Source: an uncultured archaeon
GTDB lineage: Archaea > Asgardarchaeota > Lokiarchaeia > Sigyniarchaeales > SOKP01
NCBI GenBank assembly: GCA_964388035.1
Contig: CAYLZE010000018.1
Location: 1-60,634, forward strand
Length of the DNA: 60,634 bases
Direction of reading: 5' to 3'
Shown: positions 17,964-27,692 of the stretch, piece by piece
Numbering within the stretch: the stretch's first letter is position 1
Layout of the letters: each line of letters starts with the position of its first letter
Notes under the pieces: model-generated
The model's database searches: none
Seen by the model: the letters and a program-made list of their open reading frames with translations, nothing else
Told to the model about the DNA's origin: nothing
Made by a program: the position numbers and the translations under genes

Positions 17964-19658
17964 ATGAAAAATATCGCTCCAAAAGAGGAGGTTAGAATTG
18001 GAGTATTTGTATGTCATTGTGGATCAAATATAGGAGGGGTAATAGATTGTGCCAAGTTGGCCGAAAATGCACTCACCTTACCCAACGTGGCATATACCGA
18101 GGATAATTTATATACTTGCTCAGAAACCGGGTTATCCAATATTAAGAATGCAATTAAAGAACATGATTTGAATCGCGTGGTGGTGTGTTCTTGTACTCCA
18201 AGAACTCATGAACCTCTATTTCGAGAAACTATCCAGGAAGCGGGATTGAATCCTTATCTCTTTCATTTCGTGAACATTAGAGATCAATGCACGTGGGTGC
18301 ATGCTAAAGAACCACAGGCAGCTTTTGAAAAGGCTACTGATTTAATACATATGGGGGTATCAAAAGCTGCTCGACTTGAACCTTTAGAAGATATAATGAT
18401 AGATATTAATCCTTCGGCATTGATCATAGGAGCGGGAATTTCAGGAATGTCAGCCGCTCTTAGTCTTCATGCGCAAGGATATGCTACCTATTTAATTGAA
18501 AAAGAAAAGGAAGTGGGAGGTTTGTTAAATTCTCTTTATAAGACTTTTCCCGCTGATAAGGATGCATCGGCAATTTTAGAGGAATATAAACAAAAAATTG
18601 AAAATGCAAAAGGATTGGTAGTGCATGTAAACTCAATGGTTAAACATGTTAATGGATACTTGGGTAATTTTGAAGTAACAATCGAACAACGGAAAAAATC
18701 ATTAAATTTAAAGGTAGGTACCATAATAGTAGCGGTAGGAGCTTCAAATTACACCCCAGAACATTTATATGCTTACGATGGACAGGTAAGAATTACCCAG
18801 TTAGAGTTAGAAGCCTTGTTAAAAAATAATGCTTTAACAGCAAAAAATATCGTAATGATTCAATGCGCTGGAGCTCGAAATGAAGAGAGAAAGTATTGTT
18901 CCAATATATGTTGCAGAACCGCCTTAAAAAACGCGATGATCATAAAAGGAAAAAACCCGAATGCAAATGTTACTATCTTATTTCGAGATTTACATGCTCC
19001 TGGAATAGAAGGGGAAAATTATTATAGAAAAGCTAGAGAGAGTGGCATTCTTTTCATGAAATATTCTCCCGAGAAAGAATTATCAGTCGAAGAAAAATCA
19101 ATCAGGGTGTTTAACGAATATATAGGAGAGGTAATTACCTTGTCCTATGATCTTTTAGTGTTATCCACCCCCTTGGTTGCGAGAGAGGATAATAAGGAGT
19201 TGGCACAATTATTAAAGGTTCCGTTAGAAGAAGATAATTTTTTCTTGGAAGCTCACGTGAAATTAAGACCCAATGATTTTGCAACTGATGGTATTTTCAC
19301 ATGTGGTTCTGCAAAATGGCCGGTAAGTATAGCAGAAGCCATTTCGCAAGGATTTTCTGCTGCTGCAAGAGCCGCAACTATCTTATCTCATGAGAAAATA
19401 AAGGTTGATGGAGCCACCGCTTATTTGCCAGAATGGAATGAAGAATTATGTAAGGGATGTGAAGTATGTATCAAAGTCTGCCCATTTAATGCCATCAAGA
19501 AAGGGGAAAATGATGAAATCATCATCATTGAAGCCTTATGCAAGGGTTGTGGCACGTGCGTGGCTACTTGCACCAAAAAAGCCTTAACTATTAAGCATTT
19601 TACTGATGAACAGATTATTTCCGAAATTATGGCCTGTGGAGGGAAAGAATTAGCATGA
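17964..19658 (+). CDS. hdrA: HdrA-like flavoprotein, C-half of split unit (N-terminal FeS domain, FAD domain, C-terminal ferredoxin)
   Basis: RIGVFVCHCG, CSCTPRTHE, NIRDQC, GAGISG, EAHVKLRP, CKGCEVCIKVCP and CKGCGTCVATC. Confidence 0.9.
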   Translation: MKNIAPKEEVRIGVFVCHCGSNIGGVIDCAKLAENALTLPNVAYTEDNLYTCSETGLSNIKNAIKEHDLNRVVVCSCTPRTHEPLFRETIQEAGLNPYLFHFVNIRDQCTWVHAKEPQAAFEKATDLIHMGVSKAARLEPLEDIMIDINPSALIIGAGISGMSAALSLHAQGYATYLIEKEKEVGGLLNSLYKTFPADKDASAILEEYKQKIENAKGLVVHVNSMVKHVNGYLGNFEVTIEQRKKSLNLKVGTIIVAVGASNYTPEHLYAYDGQVRITQLELEALLKNNALTAKNIVMIQCAGARNEERKYCSNICCRTALKNAMIIKGKNPNANVTILFRDLHAPGIEGENYYRKARESGILFMKYSPEKELSVEEKSIRVFNEYIGEVITLSYDLLVLSTPLVAREDNKELAQLLKVPLEEDNFFLEAHVKLRPNDFATDGIFTCGSAKWPVSIAEAISQGFSAAARAATILSHEKIKVDGATAYLPEWNEELCKGCEVCIKVCPFNAIKKGENDEIIIIEALCKGCGTCVATCTKKALTIKHFTDEQIISEIMACGGKELA

Positions 19659-20425
19659 CTTACGAACCCAAAATTTTAGGATTTTTGTGCAATTGGTGTT
19701 CTTACGCGGGAGCGGATCTTGCAGGAGTAAGCCGTATTCAATATCCACCCAATATTAGAATTATTCGCGTGATGTGCAGTGGAAGGGTAGATCCGGCCTT
19801 CATTTTTGACGGATTTCAGTCCGGGCTTGATGGAATCATTGTCATGGGATGCCATCCGGGAGATTGCCACTATCTGGAAGGGAATTATGAAGCAGAAATG
19901 AAATTCGACATGGTAACGAGGTTTCTTAAATTGGTAGACATGGAAGAAAGAGTGCGATTAGAATGGGTATCGGCATCCGAGGGAAATAGATTTGCAGAAG
20001 TCGTTTCAGAATTTACCGAAAAAATTAAAAATTTGGGACCTTCGCCCGTGACGATAAAAAAAAGTGAAAAAAAGATGAGAGAGAAGCTAAAAGCTATTGA
20101 ATTAGCCGCCAGTTCTTATAGAATGCGTGCTCTGGTAGGGAGAGAAAGAGCCATCACCCAAAATGAAAACGTGTATGGGGAAAAGGTACCCAAGGAAAAA
20201 TTTGAAGCGGTATTTAATACCAGTATCGTGGATGAATACCATCGATATCGTATTGTATTATCATTAAATAACAATCCTAAATCAGTAAAAGAGCTAGCTA
20301 AGGATATAAATATTGATCCTAGTGAAATTTTGACCCATATTCTTATTTTAAAAAATAGAGGTTTAGTCGCAATGCAGGAAATAATGGAAAATACACCCAT
20401 ATATGCTAGTGTCATGGAGGGATGA
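19655..20425 (+). CDS. mvhD: MvhD/FlpD [2Fe-2S] subunit fused to C-terminal winged-helix-like domain
   Basis: FLCNWCSYAGAD, RVMCSGRVD, GCHPGDCHY and WVSASEG. C-terminus PKSVKELAKDINIDPSEILTHILILKNRGLV. Confidence 0.88.
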   Translation: MTYEPKILGFLCNWCSYAGADLAGVSRIQYPPNIRIIRVMCSGRVDPAFIFDGFQSGLDGIIVMGCHPGDCHYLEGNYEAEMKFDMVTRFLKLVDMEERVRLEWVSASEGNRFAEVVSEFTEKIKNLGPSPVTIKKSEKKMREKLKAIELAASSYRMRALVGRERAITQNENVYGEKVPKEKFEAVFNTSIVDEYHRYRIVLSLNNNPKSVKELAKDINIDPSEILTHILILKNRGLVAMQEIMENTPIYASVMEG

Positions 20426-20428
20426 AAA

Positions 20429-23400
20429 ATGGAAAAAATTGGAGCAGTAATGGTAGTGGGTGCTGGTATCGGAGGATCTCAAGCTGCACTAGATTTAGCA
20501 GAATCCGGATATAAGGTATATTTAGTGGAATCCACGACCAGCATAGGAGGAGTCATGGCACAGTTAGATAAGACTTTTCCAACCAATGATTGTGCCATTT
20601 GCATCGTTTCTCCTAAATTAGTGGAAGCAGGAAGGCATCCGAATATCGAAATTAAAATAAATGCAGAAATTGAAGAAGTGGAAGGAAATGCAGGAAATTT
20701 TAATGTACAGCTCATCGAACACACGTTGTACATTGATCCTGAGAAATGCACGGGATGCGGAGTATGCGGACAAGAATGCCCCGTAGAGGCAATAGACCTG
20801 TTTAATGAAGGATTAGCCACCAATAAAGCTGCTTCCGTAAAATATCCTCAAGCAGTTCCCTTACTTTATTCCATTAATAAGGAGGAATGTATTGGATGCG
20901 GAATTTGCCAGGGAGTGTGCAAGGCTAAAGCAATTAATTACAATTTGCAAGATAAAAATTCTAGCATTAACGTGGGAGCCGTCATTTTAGCGGCGGGATT
21001 CGAAGAATTCGTGCCCACCAGCATGAAGCATTATGGATATGGGAAATATAAGAACGTGATCACGAGCATTCAGTTTGAGAGAATATTGAGTGCTAGCGGT
21101 CCGTATGCTGGGAAAGTGCTGCGTCCTTCAGATGGGAGAATCCCCAAGAAAGTAGCTTTTTTACAATGCGTGGGCTCTCGAGATATTAAATTTGGTCAAG
21201 AATATTGTTCTTCCGTGTGTTGCATGTATACTGCGAAAGAAGCAGTGATCGCGAAAGAACACATGGAATTATTGGAGCCAACCATTTTTACCATGGACAT
21301 CAGAGCATTTGGTAAGGATTTTGATAAATACATCGAGCGTGCTAAGGATGAATATGGTGTTAGATATGTAAGGAGCCGCATTTCAAATATTACTGAATTA
21401 GCGGGTACTAATGATTTAAAACTAACGTATGAAACAGAAAAGGGAGAGATCACTGAAGAGGTTTTTAACATGGTGGTCTTAGCAGTTGGAATGAATCCTC
21501 CCAATACTGCCAAAGTACTTGCAGACAAATGGGGAATTGATTTAAATGAGTATGGTTTCTTAGCTTCTGAACCCCTTTCCCCCATCTGTACCAATCGGGA
21601 AGGAATTTATGTATGTGGGGCTTGCTCAGGACCAAAAGATATTCCTGAAACCGTTATCGAAGCCAGTGCAGCTGCAGGAAAGGTAAATACTCTCCTTTCC
21701 GGCTCTCGACACACATTAATTACCAAGAAGGATTATCCCAGAGAAATAGATGTGAGTAGCGAAGAACCTCGAATCGGGGTGTTTATTTGTCATTGTGGAA
21801 TCAATATTGGGGGAACGGTAGATGTTCCCGCCGTGGTAGAATATGCTAATACCTTGCCTAGTGTGGTACTAGCCGATCGAAATCTCTATACTTGCTCTGC
21901 GGATACGCAATCTTTAATTAAAGAGAAAATAAAAGAATTTCAGATAAATCGGGTGATTGTTGCATCTTGCACCCCAAGAACCCATGAACCTTTATTTCAA
22001 GAAACCATCCGAGAGGTAGGTCTCAATAGATACTTATTTCAAATGACAAACATCCGAGATCAATGCTCTTGGGTTCACATGCACGAACCCGAGAAAGCTA
22101 CAGAGAAGGCTAAAGACCTGGTTCGAATGGCCGTGGCACGGGTAAAATTGATGGAACCTTTGATGGAAATGCCTCTTGAGATCACTCATGATGCCCTCGT
22201 AATTGGAGGAGGAGTGGCAGGAATGACGGCAGCTTTGGATTTTGCAGGACAGGGATTTCAAACTTACTTATTAGAAAAAAGTAAACAATTAGGTGGATTT
22301 GCCCTCAAGATCCATGAAACCTTAGAAGGACAAGATGTTGCTCAATATGTTAATTCTTTAATTGAACGAGTAGAAGAGGAGGAGAAAATCATGGTATATC
22401 TTGGAAGTGAAATACAAGATATAGGAGGATACGTGGGAAATTTCAAGACAATATTCACGCAAAATTCTGGGAAAATTAATGAGGAAATTGACCATGGGGT
22501 TATCGTGGTTGCAACGGGAGCGAAAGAATTTGAACCTAATGAATATTTCTATGGGACTGACCCCAGAATAATCAAGCAATCAGAATTGGAACACTTGTTG
22601 TTTACCACTACCGAGATAAAGAATAAGAAAAAAGTGGTCATGATTCAGTGCGTGGGGTCAAGAAATGAAGAGCATCCCTATTGCAGCAGGATGTGCTGTT
22701 CCGAAGCAATTAAAAATGCATTAAACGTGAAAAAGAAATATCCGAATATCGAAATCACCATTTTATTTAGAGATATCCGCACGTATGGATTTAAAGAAAA
22801 ATTTTATCGGGAGGCTAGGGAAAAAGGAATCCTATTTCTCCGCTATAATGAGGATGAACCTCCCCAAATAAAGAAAGAAAAGGAAGAATTAATAATTTCA
22901 TTAAATTCTCCCCGCATGGGAGAGATCAAATTATCTGCTGACTTGCTCGTGCTTAGCACCGGCATGGTACCTTCCAGACAAGAAAATGAGGAGCTCGCCA
23001 AGATGTTAAAAGTCCCATTAAACGCGGATAAGTTCTTTTTAGAAGCTCATGTTAAATTAAGACCCATAGATTTCGCCACCGAGGGAATTTTCTTGTGCGG
23101 AACTGCTCGTGGACCGGCAACCATAAGTGAGAGTGTAGCACAAGCCAGTGCCGCCGTTTCGAGAGCCACTACTATCCTCTCGAAAGATACCTTAATGGTA
23201 GGGGGCGTGGTATCTTTCGTGGACGATAAAGTATGTACGGGTTGCAACCTTTGCGTGAGAATATGCCCTTTTAACGCTATTGTTAAGAATGATCAAGGGG
23301 TTGCCCAAGTTCAAGAAGCATTATGTAAGGGCTGTGGCATGTGTTCAGCCACTTGCCCTGAAAGGGCAATAACTATTAAGCATTTTACGAATGAAGAGAT

Positions 23401-23443
23401 TTTATCTGAAATTCATGCTTTTGGAGGTCAAGAACTAACATGA
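20429..23443 (+). CDS. hdrA: Large (1004 aa) double-FAD-domain HdrA-like protein
   Basis: Collinear with 16660-17961 joined to 17964-19658. Two GxGxxG motifs, two QCVGSR/YCSxxCC motifs, inserted and C-terminal ferredoxin motifs. Confidence 0.92.
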   Translation: MEKIGAVMVVGAGIGGSQAALDLAESGYKVYLVESTTSIGGVMAQLDKTFPTNDCAICIVSPKLVEAGRHPNIEIKINAEIEEVEGNAGNFNVQLIEHTLYIDPEKCTGCGVCGQECPVEAIDLFNEGLATNKAASVKYPQAVPLLYSINKEECIGCGICQGVCKAKAINYNLQDKNSSINVGAVILAAGFEEFVPTSMKHYGYGKYKNVITSIQFERILSASGPYAGKVLRPSDGRIPKKVAFLQCVGSRDIKFGQEYCSSVCCMYTAKEAVIAKEHMELLEPTIFTMDIRAFGKDFDKYIERAKDEYGVRYVRSRISNITELAGTNDLKLTYETEKGEITEEVFNMVVLAVGMNPPNTAKVLADKWGIDLNEYGFLASEPLSPICTNREGIYVCGACSGPKDIPETVIEASAAAGKVNTLLSGSRHTLITKKDYPREIDVSSEEPRIGVFICHCGINIGGTVDVPAVVEYANTLPSVVLADRNLYTCSADTQSLIKEKIKEFQINRVIVASCTPRTHEPLFQETIREVGLNRYLFQMTNIRDQCSWVHMHEPEKATEKAKDLVRMAVARVKLMEPLMEMPLEITHDALVIGGGVAGMTAALDFAGQGFQTYLLEKSKQLGGFALKIHETLEGQDVAQYVNSLIERVEEEEKIMVYLGSEIQDIGGYVGNFKTIFTQNSGKINEEIDHGVIVVATGAKEFEPNEYFYGTDPRIIKQSELEHLLFTTTEIKNKKKVVMIQCVGSRNEEHPYCSRMCCSEAIKNALNVKKKYPNIEITILFRDIRTYGFKEKFYREAREKGILFLRYNEDEPPQIKKEKEELIISLNSPRMGEIKLSADLLVLSTGMVPSRQENEELAKMLKVPLNADKFFLEAHVKLRPIDFATEGIFLCGTARGPATISESVAQASAAVSRATTILSKDTLMVGGVVSFVDDKVCTGCNLCVRICPFNAIVKNDQGVAQVQEALCKGCGMCSATCPERAITIKHFTNEEILSEIHAFGGQELT

Positions 23444-24216
23444 CATTTGAACCGAAAATTTTAGGTTTCTTATGTAATTGGTGCTCGTATGCGGGAGCGG
23501 ATCTCGCAGGAGTTAGCCGAATTCAATATCCTCCCAATCTTCGGGTTATTCGGGTAATGTGCAGTGGTCGGGTGGATCCAAAATTCATTTTTAACGGATT
23601 TCAAGCAGGTTTGGATGGAGTTATTGTGATGGGTTGCCATCCGGGAGATTGCCATTATTTGGAGGGAAATTATGAAGCAGAAATGAAATTCCACATGGTG
23701 GAACAATTTTTAAAAATAATTCACATGGAGGATAGAATTAAGTTAGAATGGGTATCAGCATCCGAGGGAAATAGATTTGCAGAAATTATCAGTGCTTTTA
23801 CTGATAAAATTAAATCATTGGGTCCCTGTCCTTTGAATCTTGAAAAGTCGAGTGATGGGTTGCGCGAAAAAATAAAAGCAATGGAAATGGCGGCAACCAG
23901 TTACAGAATGCGTGCCTTAGTTGGAAGACAGCGAAAAATCACTACAGAATCTAATGTATATGGAGAGACCATTCCAATTGAACGATTTAACGAGATTCTG
24001 TCAAGTACCATTCATAATGAATACATCCGGGCACTTATATTAGTATCTTTAGAAAAAAACCCAGCATCCGTGATTGATTTGGCAGAGAAATTGGGAAAAG
24101 ATTCCAGCGAAATATTAAATCATATATTGATTCTACAAGGGCGGAAACAAGTCGCAATGGACACCATCATGGATGATACGCCCCTTTATACAAATATCAT
24201 GGAGGAAGAATCATGA
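23440..24216 (+). CDS. mvhD: MvhD/FlpD [2Fe-2S] subunit fused to winged-helix-like domain (paralog 2)
   Basis: Same motifs as 19655-20425. C-terminus PASVIDLAEKLGKDSSEILNHILILQGRKQV. Confidence 0.88.
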   Translation: MTFEPKILGFLCNWCSYAGADLAGVSRIQYPPNLRVIRVMCSGRVDPKFIFNGFQAGLDGVIVMGCHPGDCHYLEGNYEAEMKFHMVEQFLKIIHMEDRIKLEWVSASEGNRFAEIISAFTDKIKSLGPCPLNLEKSSDGLREKIKAMEMAATSYRMRALVGRQRKITTESNVYGETIPIERFNEILSSTIHNEYIRALILVSLEKNPASVIDLAEKLGKDSSEILNHILILQGRKQVAMDTIMDDTPLYTNIMEEES

Positions 24217-27200
24217 CAAATGTAGGTGCAGTATTAGTTGTTGGAGCTGGTATTGGAGGATCTCAGGCGGCTTTAGATCTTGGGGATGCGGGATTTAAGG
24301 TGCATTTAATTGAATCCACGACCAGTATCGGTGGTGTGATGGCTCAATTAGATAAGACTTTTCCTACCAATGATTGTGCCATGTGCATCGTCAGTCCCAA
24401 GCTCGTGGAAACAGGACGACATCAGAACATAGATTTAAACATAAATGCTGAAATTCTGGATGTCTCCGGAGAGGTGGGGAACTTCATGGTTAAGATCAAG
24501 AAGAAATCGCTATTTATAAACCCTGATAAATGCACGGGATGTGGAGTGTGTGGCCAAAAATGTCCCGTGGAAGCGATAGATTTATTTAATGAAAGGTTGT
24601 CTAAACATAAAGCAACTTCAGTGAAATATCCTCAGGCAGTTCCTTTAGTATATGCAATAAATAAGGATTATTGCATTGGATGTGGGGTTTGTGAAGGTGT
24701 ATGTAAGGCAGGAGCCGTGGATTATGTGAGAGAGGATGAATTAATTGATTTAAACGTGGGGGCCATTGTTTTAGCACCCGGGTTTGATGAATACGTGCCT
24801 TCAGAAAGCGCAAGATTAGGTTATGGAAAATATAAAAATGTTGTGACGAGTATAGAATTCGAAAGAATTTTAAGCGCAAGTGGTCCTTTTTCAGGAAAGA
24901 TCTTAAGACCCTCCGATGGAGATATACCCGTCAAAATCGCTTTTCTCCAATGTATTGGATCGCGAGATTTGAAAGAAGGACAACCGTATTGCTCATCGGT
25001 GTGTTGCATGTATACGGCGAAAGAAGCGGTGATCGCCAAGGAACACATGCATCAAGTTCATCCTACTATTTTTTCCATGGATATCAGGGCATATGGAAAG
25101 GATTTTGATAAATACATAGAGAGAGCTAAGAAAGAATATGGTGTTCGATACGTGCGAAGTCGAATCTCATCGATTCAGGAACTTTCCGAGACAAATGATT
25201 TAAAACTCTCTTATGAAGCAGAAGACGGGACGATCGTGGAGGAGATTTTTAACTTGGTTGTTTTAGCCGTAGGCTTAAATCCACCTCACGATGCGAAATT
25301 TCTTGCAGATAAATTTGATATCCAATTAAACGAGTTCAATTTTGCTAAAACCGATATATTCAATCCCGTTCAGACCACGAGACTTGGAATTTATGCTTGT
25401 GGGGCATTTACCTCACCAAAAGATATTCCCGAAACGGTCACTCAAGCGAGTGCAGCAGCAGGATGCGTAAATTCCTTGTTATATGAACAGAGAGGTACCT
25501 TAATTACCGAAAAAAGTCTGCCTCCCGAAATCTTTGTGGCAGGACAGCCTCCCAGAATAGGCGTGTTCATTTGTCATTGTGGAATTAATATAGGAGGGAC
25601 GGTGGATGTCCCGGGAGTTACTAAGTATGCGAGTACCTTACCAAACGTGGTATTAGCCGATCGTAATTTATATACATGTTCTGCCGATACCCAACAAATC
25701 ATCAAAGATAAGATAAAAGAATATAATCTGAATCGGGTCATTGTGGCCTCTTGCACTCCCAGGACGCATGAACCCTTATTTCAAGAAACCATACGAGAGG
25801 CGGGTTTGAATAGATATTTATTTCAAATGGCAAATATCCGGGATCAATGCTCTTGGGTTCACATGGAAAGACCCGCAGAAGCCACGGAGAAGGCCAAGGA
25901 TCTGGTTAGGATGGCGGTAAATAAAGCCCGAAATATTGTTCCCTTAGAAAGGATTAAATTAAAAGTGACTCCTAAAGCATTAGTGATTGGAGGGGGAATT
26001 AGCGGCATGATCGCGGCATTAAATTTTGCAAAGCAAGAATTCGAGACCTATCTTCTTGAGAAAAATGATTATTTAGGAGGACATGCCCGAAATATCTTTA
26101 CCACCCTCGAGGGGGGTGACGTGCAAGGATTCTTGAATAATTTAATAGACGAGGTGAATTCAAATGAATTCATTAACGTTTTTACTAAAGCGGAGATCGA
26201 GGCGGTAGAAGGATATATTGGAAATTTTAAAACGACAATAGTTCATGGAAAAAACCGAAAAATTGAGGAATTTGATCATGGGGTCATTCTTGTCGCGACG
26301 GGAGCGAACGAGTATAAGCCAAAAGAATACATGGCGGGGCAAGATGCTAGAATAATAAATCAATCTGAGTTTGAATACGTGCTAAACAGAACAAATGAAA
26401 TAAAAGAGAAAAAATCCATTGTCATGATCCAATGCGTGGGATCCAGAAATGAGGAACATCCTTATTGCAGCAAGATGTGTTGTGCTGAGGCAATAAAGAA
26501 TGCCCTATTCGTTAAAAAGTTGAACCCTTCCACCGAAGTGGTGATTCTCTTTCGGGATATAAGAACCTATGGATTTAAAGAGTTATATTACCGAAAAGCG
26601 AGAGAAGCAGGGGTAGTATTCATTCGTTATTCTGAAGAAGATCCTCCTAAAGTCTCCGCGAACGATCATGAGTTGAAAATAGAAGTCTCAAATCCAAAGA
26701 TGGGAAAAGTTCTCATCAATGCGGATTTGTTAGTATTGAGCGCGGGAATTGAGGCACCAGCAATAGAAAATGAAGAACTTGCCAAGACCTTAAAAATCCC
26801 CATAAATGATGATAATTTCTTTCTTGAAGCTCACGTGAAACTACGTCCCGTGGATTTTGCAACGGAGGGAATTTTTGTTGCAGGATTAGCACACTGTCCA
26901 AAAACTATTGAAGATTCTATTACTCAAGCCAATGCTGCCGTATCCAGAGCTTGTACAATTCTTTCCAAGAGTGAAATCGAAACAGAAGGAAAAGTCGCTC
27001 GAGTTCTTCCTGAAAGATGTTCAGGTTGCGGAATGTGCGTGGAAAATTGCGCATACAATGCTATTGAGTTGATTGAGGATAGACGATTTGGTAGGATTGC
27101 ATCTGTCAATCAAGCTTTATGCAAGGGATGTGGGGCGTGTTCGGGAAATTGCCGATGCTCTGCAATAGACGTGTTCGGCTTCACATCTCAACAAATATAT

Positions 27201-27224
27201 GCAATGATAAAGGGGAGGTTATGA
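24213..27224 (+). CDS. hdrA: Large (1003 aa) double-FAD-domain HdrA-like protein (paralog)
   Basis: Same architecture as 20429-23443 with long near-identical stretches. Confidence 0.92.
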   Translation: MTNVGAVLVVGAGIGGSQAALDLGDAGFKVHLIESTTSIGGVMAQLDKTFPTNDCAMCIVSPKLVETGRHQNIDLNINAEILDVSGEVGNFMVKIKKKSLFINPDKCTGCGVCGQKCPVEAIDLFNERLSKHKATSVKYPQAVPLVYAINKDYCIGCGVCEGVCKAGAVDYVREDELIDLNVGAIVLAPGFDEYVPSESARLGYGKYKNVVTSIEFERILSASGPFSGKILRPSDGDIPVKIAFLQCIGSRDLKEGQPYCSSVCCMYTAKEAVIAKEHMHQVHPTIFSMDIRAYGKDFDKYIERAKKEYGVRYVRSRISSIQELSETNDLKLSYEAEDGTIVEEIFNLVVLAVGLNPPHDAKFLADKFDIQLNEFNFAKTDIFNPVQTTRLGIYACGAFTSPKDIPETVTQASAAAGCVNSLLYEQRGTLITEKSLPPEIFVAGQPPRIGVFICHCGINIGGTVDVPGVTKYASTLPNVVLADRNLYTCSADTQQIIKDKIKEYNLNRVIVASCTPRTHEPLFQETIREAGLNRYLFQMANIRDQCSWVHMERPAEATEKAKDLVRMAVNKARNIVPLERIKLKVTPKALVIGGGISGMIAALNFAKQEFETYLLEKNDYLGGHARNIFTTLEGGDVQGFLNNLIDEVNSNEFINVFTKAEIEAVEGYIGNFKTTIVHGKNRKIEEFDHGVILVATGANEYKPKEYMAGQDARIINQSEFEYVLNRTNEIKEKKSIVMIQCVGSRNEEHPYCSKMCCAEAIKNALFVKKLNPSTEVVILFRDIRTYGFKELYYRKAREAGVVFIRYSEEDPPKVSANDHELKIEVSNPKMGKVLINADLLVLSAGIEAPAIENEELAKTLKIPINDDNFFLEAHVKLRPVDFATEGIFVAGLAHCPKTIEDSITQANAAVSRACTILSKSEIETEGKVARVLPERCSGCGMCVENCAYNAIELIEDRRFGRIASVNQALCKGCGACSGNCRCSAIDVFGFTSQQIYAMIKGRL

Positions 27225-27688
27225 TCTTGGATCAAACTTTAGTAGAACGGGAAAAAAAGATAGAAAATCAAGAGGAGTGGGAACCGAAAATTATCGCATT
27301 CCTCTGTAATTGGTGCTCCTACGCGGGAGCAGATTTGGCAGGAGTGAGTCGCATACAATATCCTCCTAGCATTCGAATTGTTAGAGTACCTTGCTCGGGG
27401 AGGGTGAATCCCTTTTTCATTATAAAAAGTCTTGTTGATGGCTGGGATGGAGTATTAGTCTCAGGTTGCCATCCGGGGGATTGTCATTACATCAGTGGAA
27501 ATCTTGTAGCTAGAAGGAGATTTGCTGTATTAAATGATATACTCGGATTTTTTGGCATAAATCCCAAGAGGGTACATTTCATGTGGGCTTCAGCAGCAGA
27601 AGGAGAGCGATTTGCACAATTAGTGACGAAAGCTACAAAAATTATTAAAGAAATTGGTCCTAATAATCAATTTAAGAAAGGGTGGTAA
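27221..27688 (+). CDS. mvhD: MvhD-like [2Fe-2S] subunit (FlxD-like), no HTH
   Basis: FLCNWCSYAGAD, RVPCSGRV and GCHPGDCHY. Start reassigned to ATG 27221 (GGAGG SD, ATGA overlap with upstream stop). Confidence 0.9.
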   Translation: MILDQTLVEREKKIENQEEWEPKIIAFLCNWCSYAGADLAGVSRIQYPPSIRIVRVPCSGRVNPFFIIKSLVDGWDGVLVSGCHPGDCHYISGNLVARRRFAVLNDILGFFGINPKRVHFMWASAAEGERFAQLVTKATKIIKEIGPNNQFKKGW

Positions 27689-27692
27689 GAAA

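Larger units (their letters stand above)
16660..27688 (+). repeat. Three tandem diverged copies of an hdrA-mvhD unit, period ~3.78 kb
   Basis: hdrA starts at 16660/20429/24213 and mvhD starts at 19655/23440/27221. Shared nucleotide blocks, e.g. TGCCATCCGGGAGATTGCCA...TTATGAAGCAGAAATGAAATTC, in mvhD copies 1 and 2. Confidence 0.85.

Noticed and set aside
17955-17970. Frameshift or pseudogene breaking the first large hdrA
   Set aside because: There is a clean TAA, an internal GGAGG SD and an ATG at a domain boundary, which looks like a genuine two-gene arrangement.
27119-27220. N-terminal extensions of track ORFs 27119, 27654, 44331 and 14940
   Set aside because: The first three overlap upstream genes and have downstream starts with SD motifs. 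The last runs through a poly-A tract and its paralog aligns from ATG 14886.
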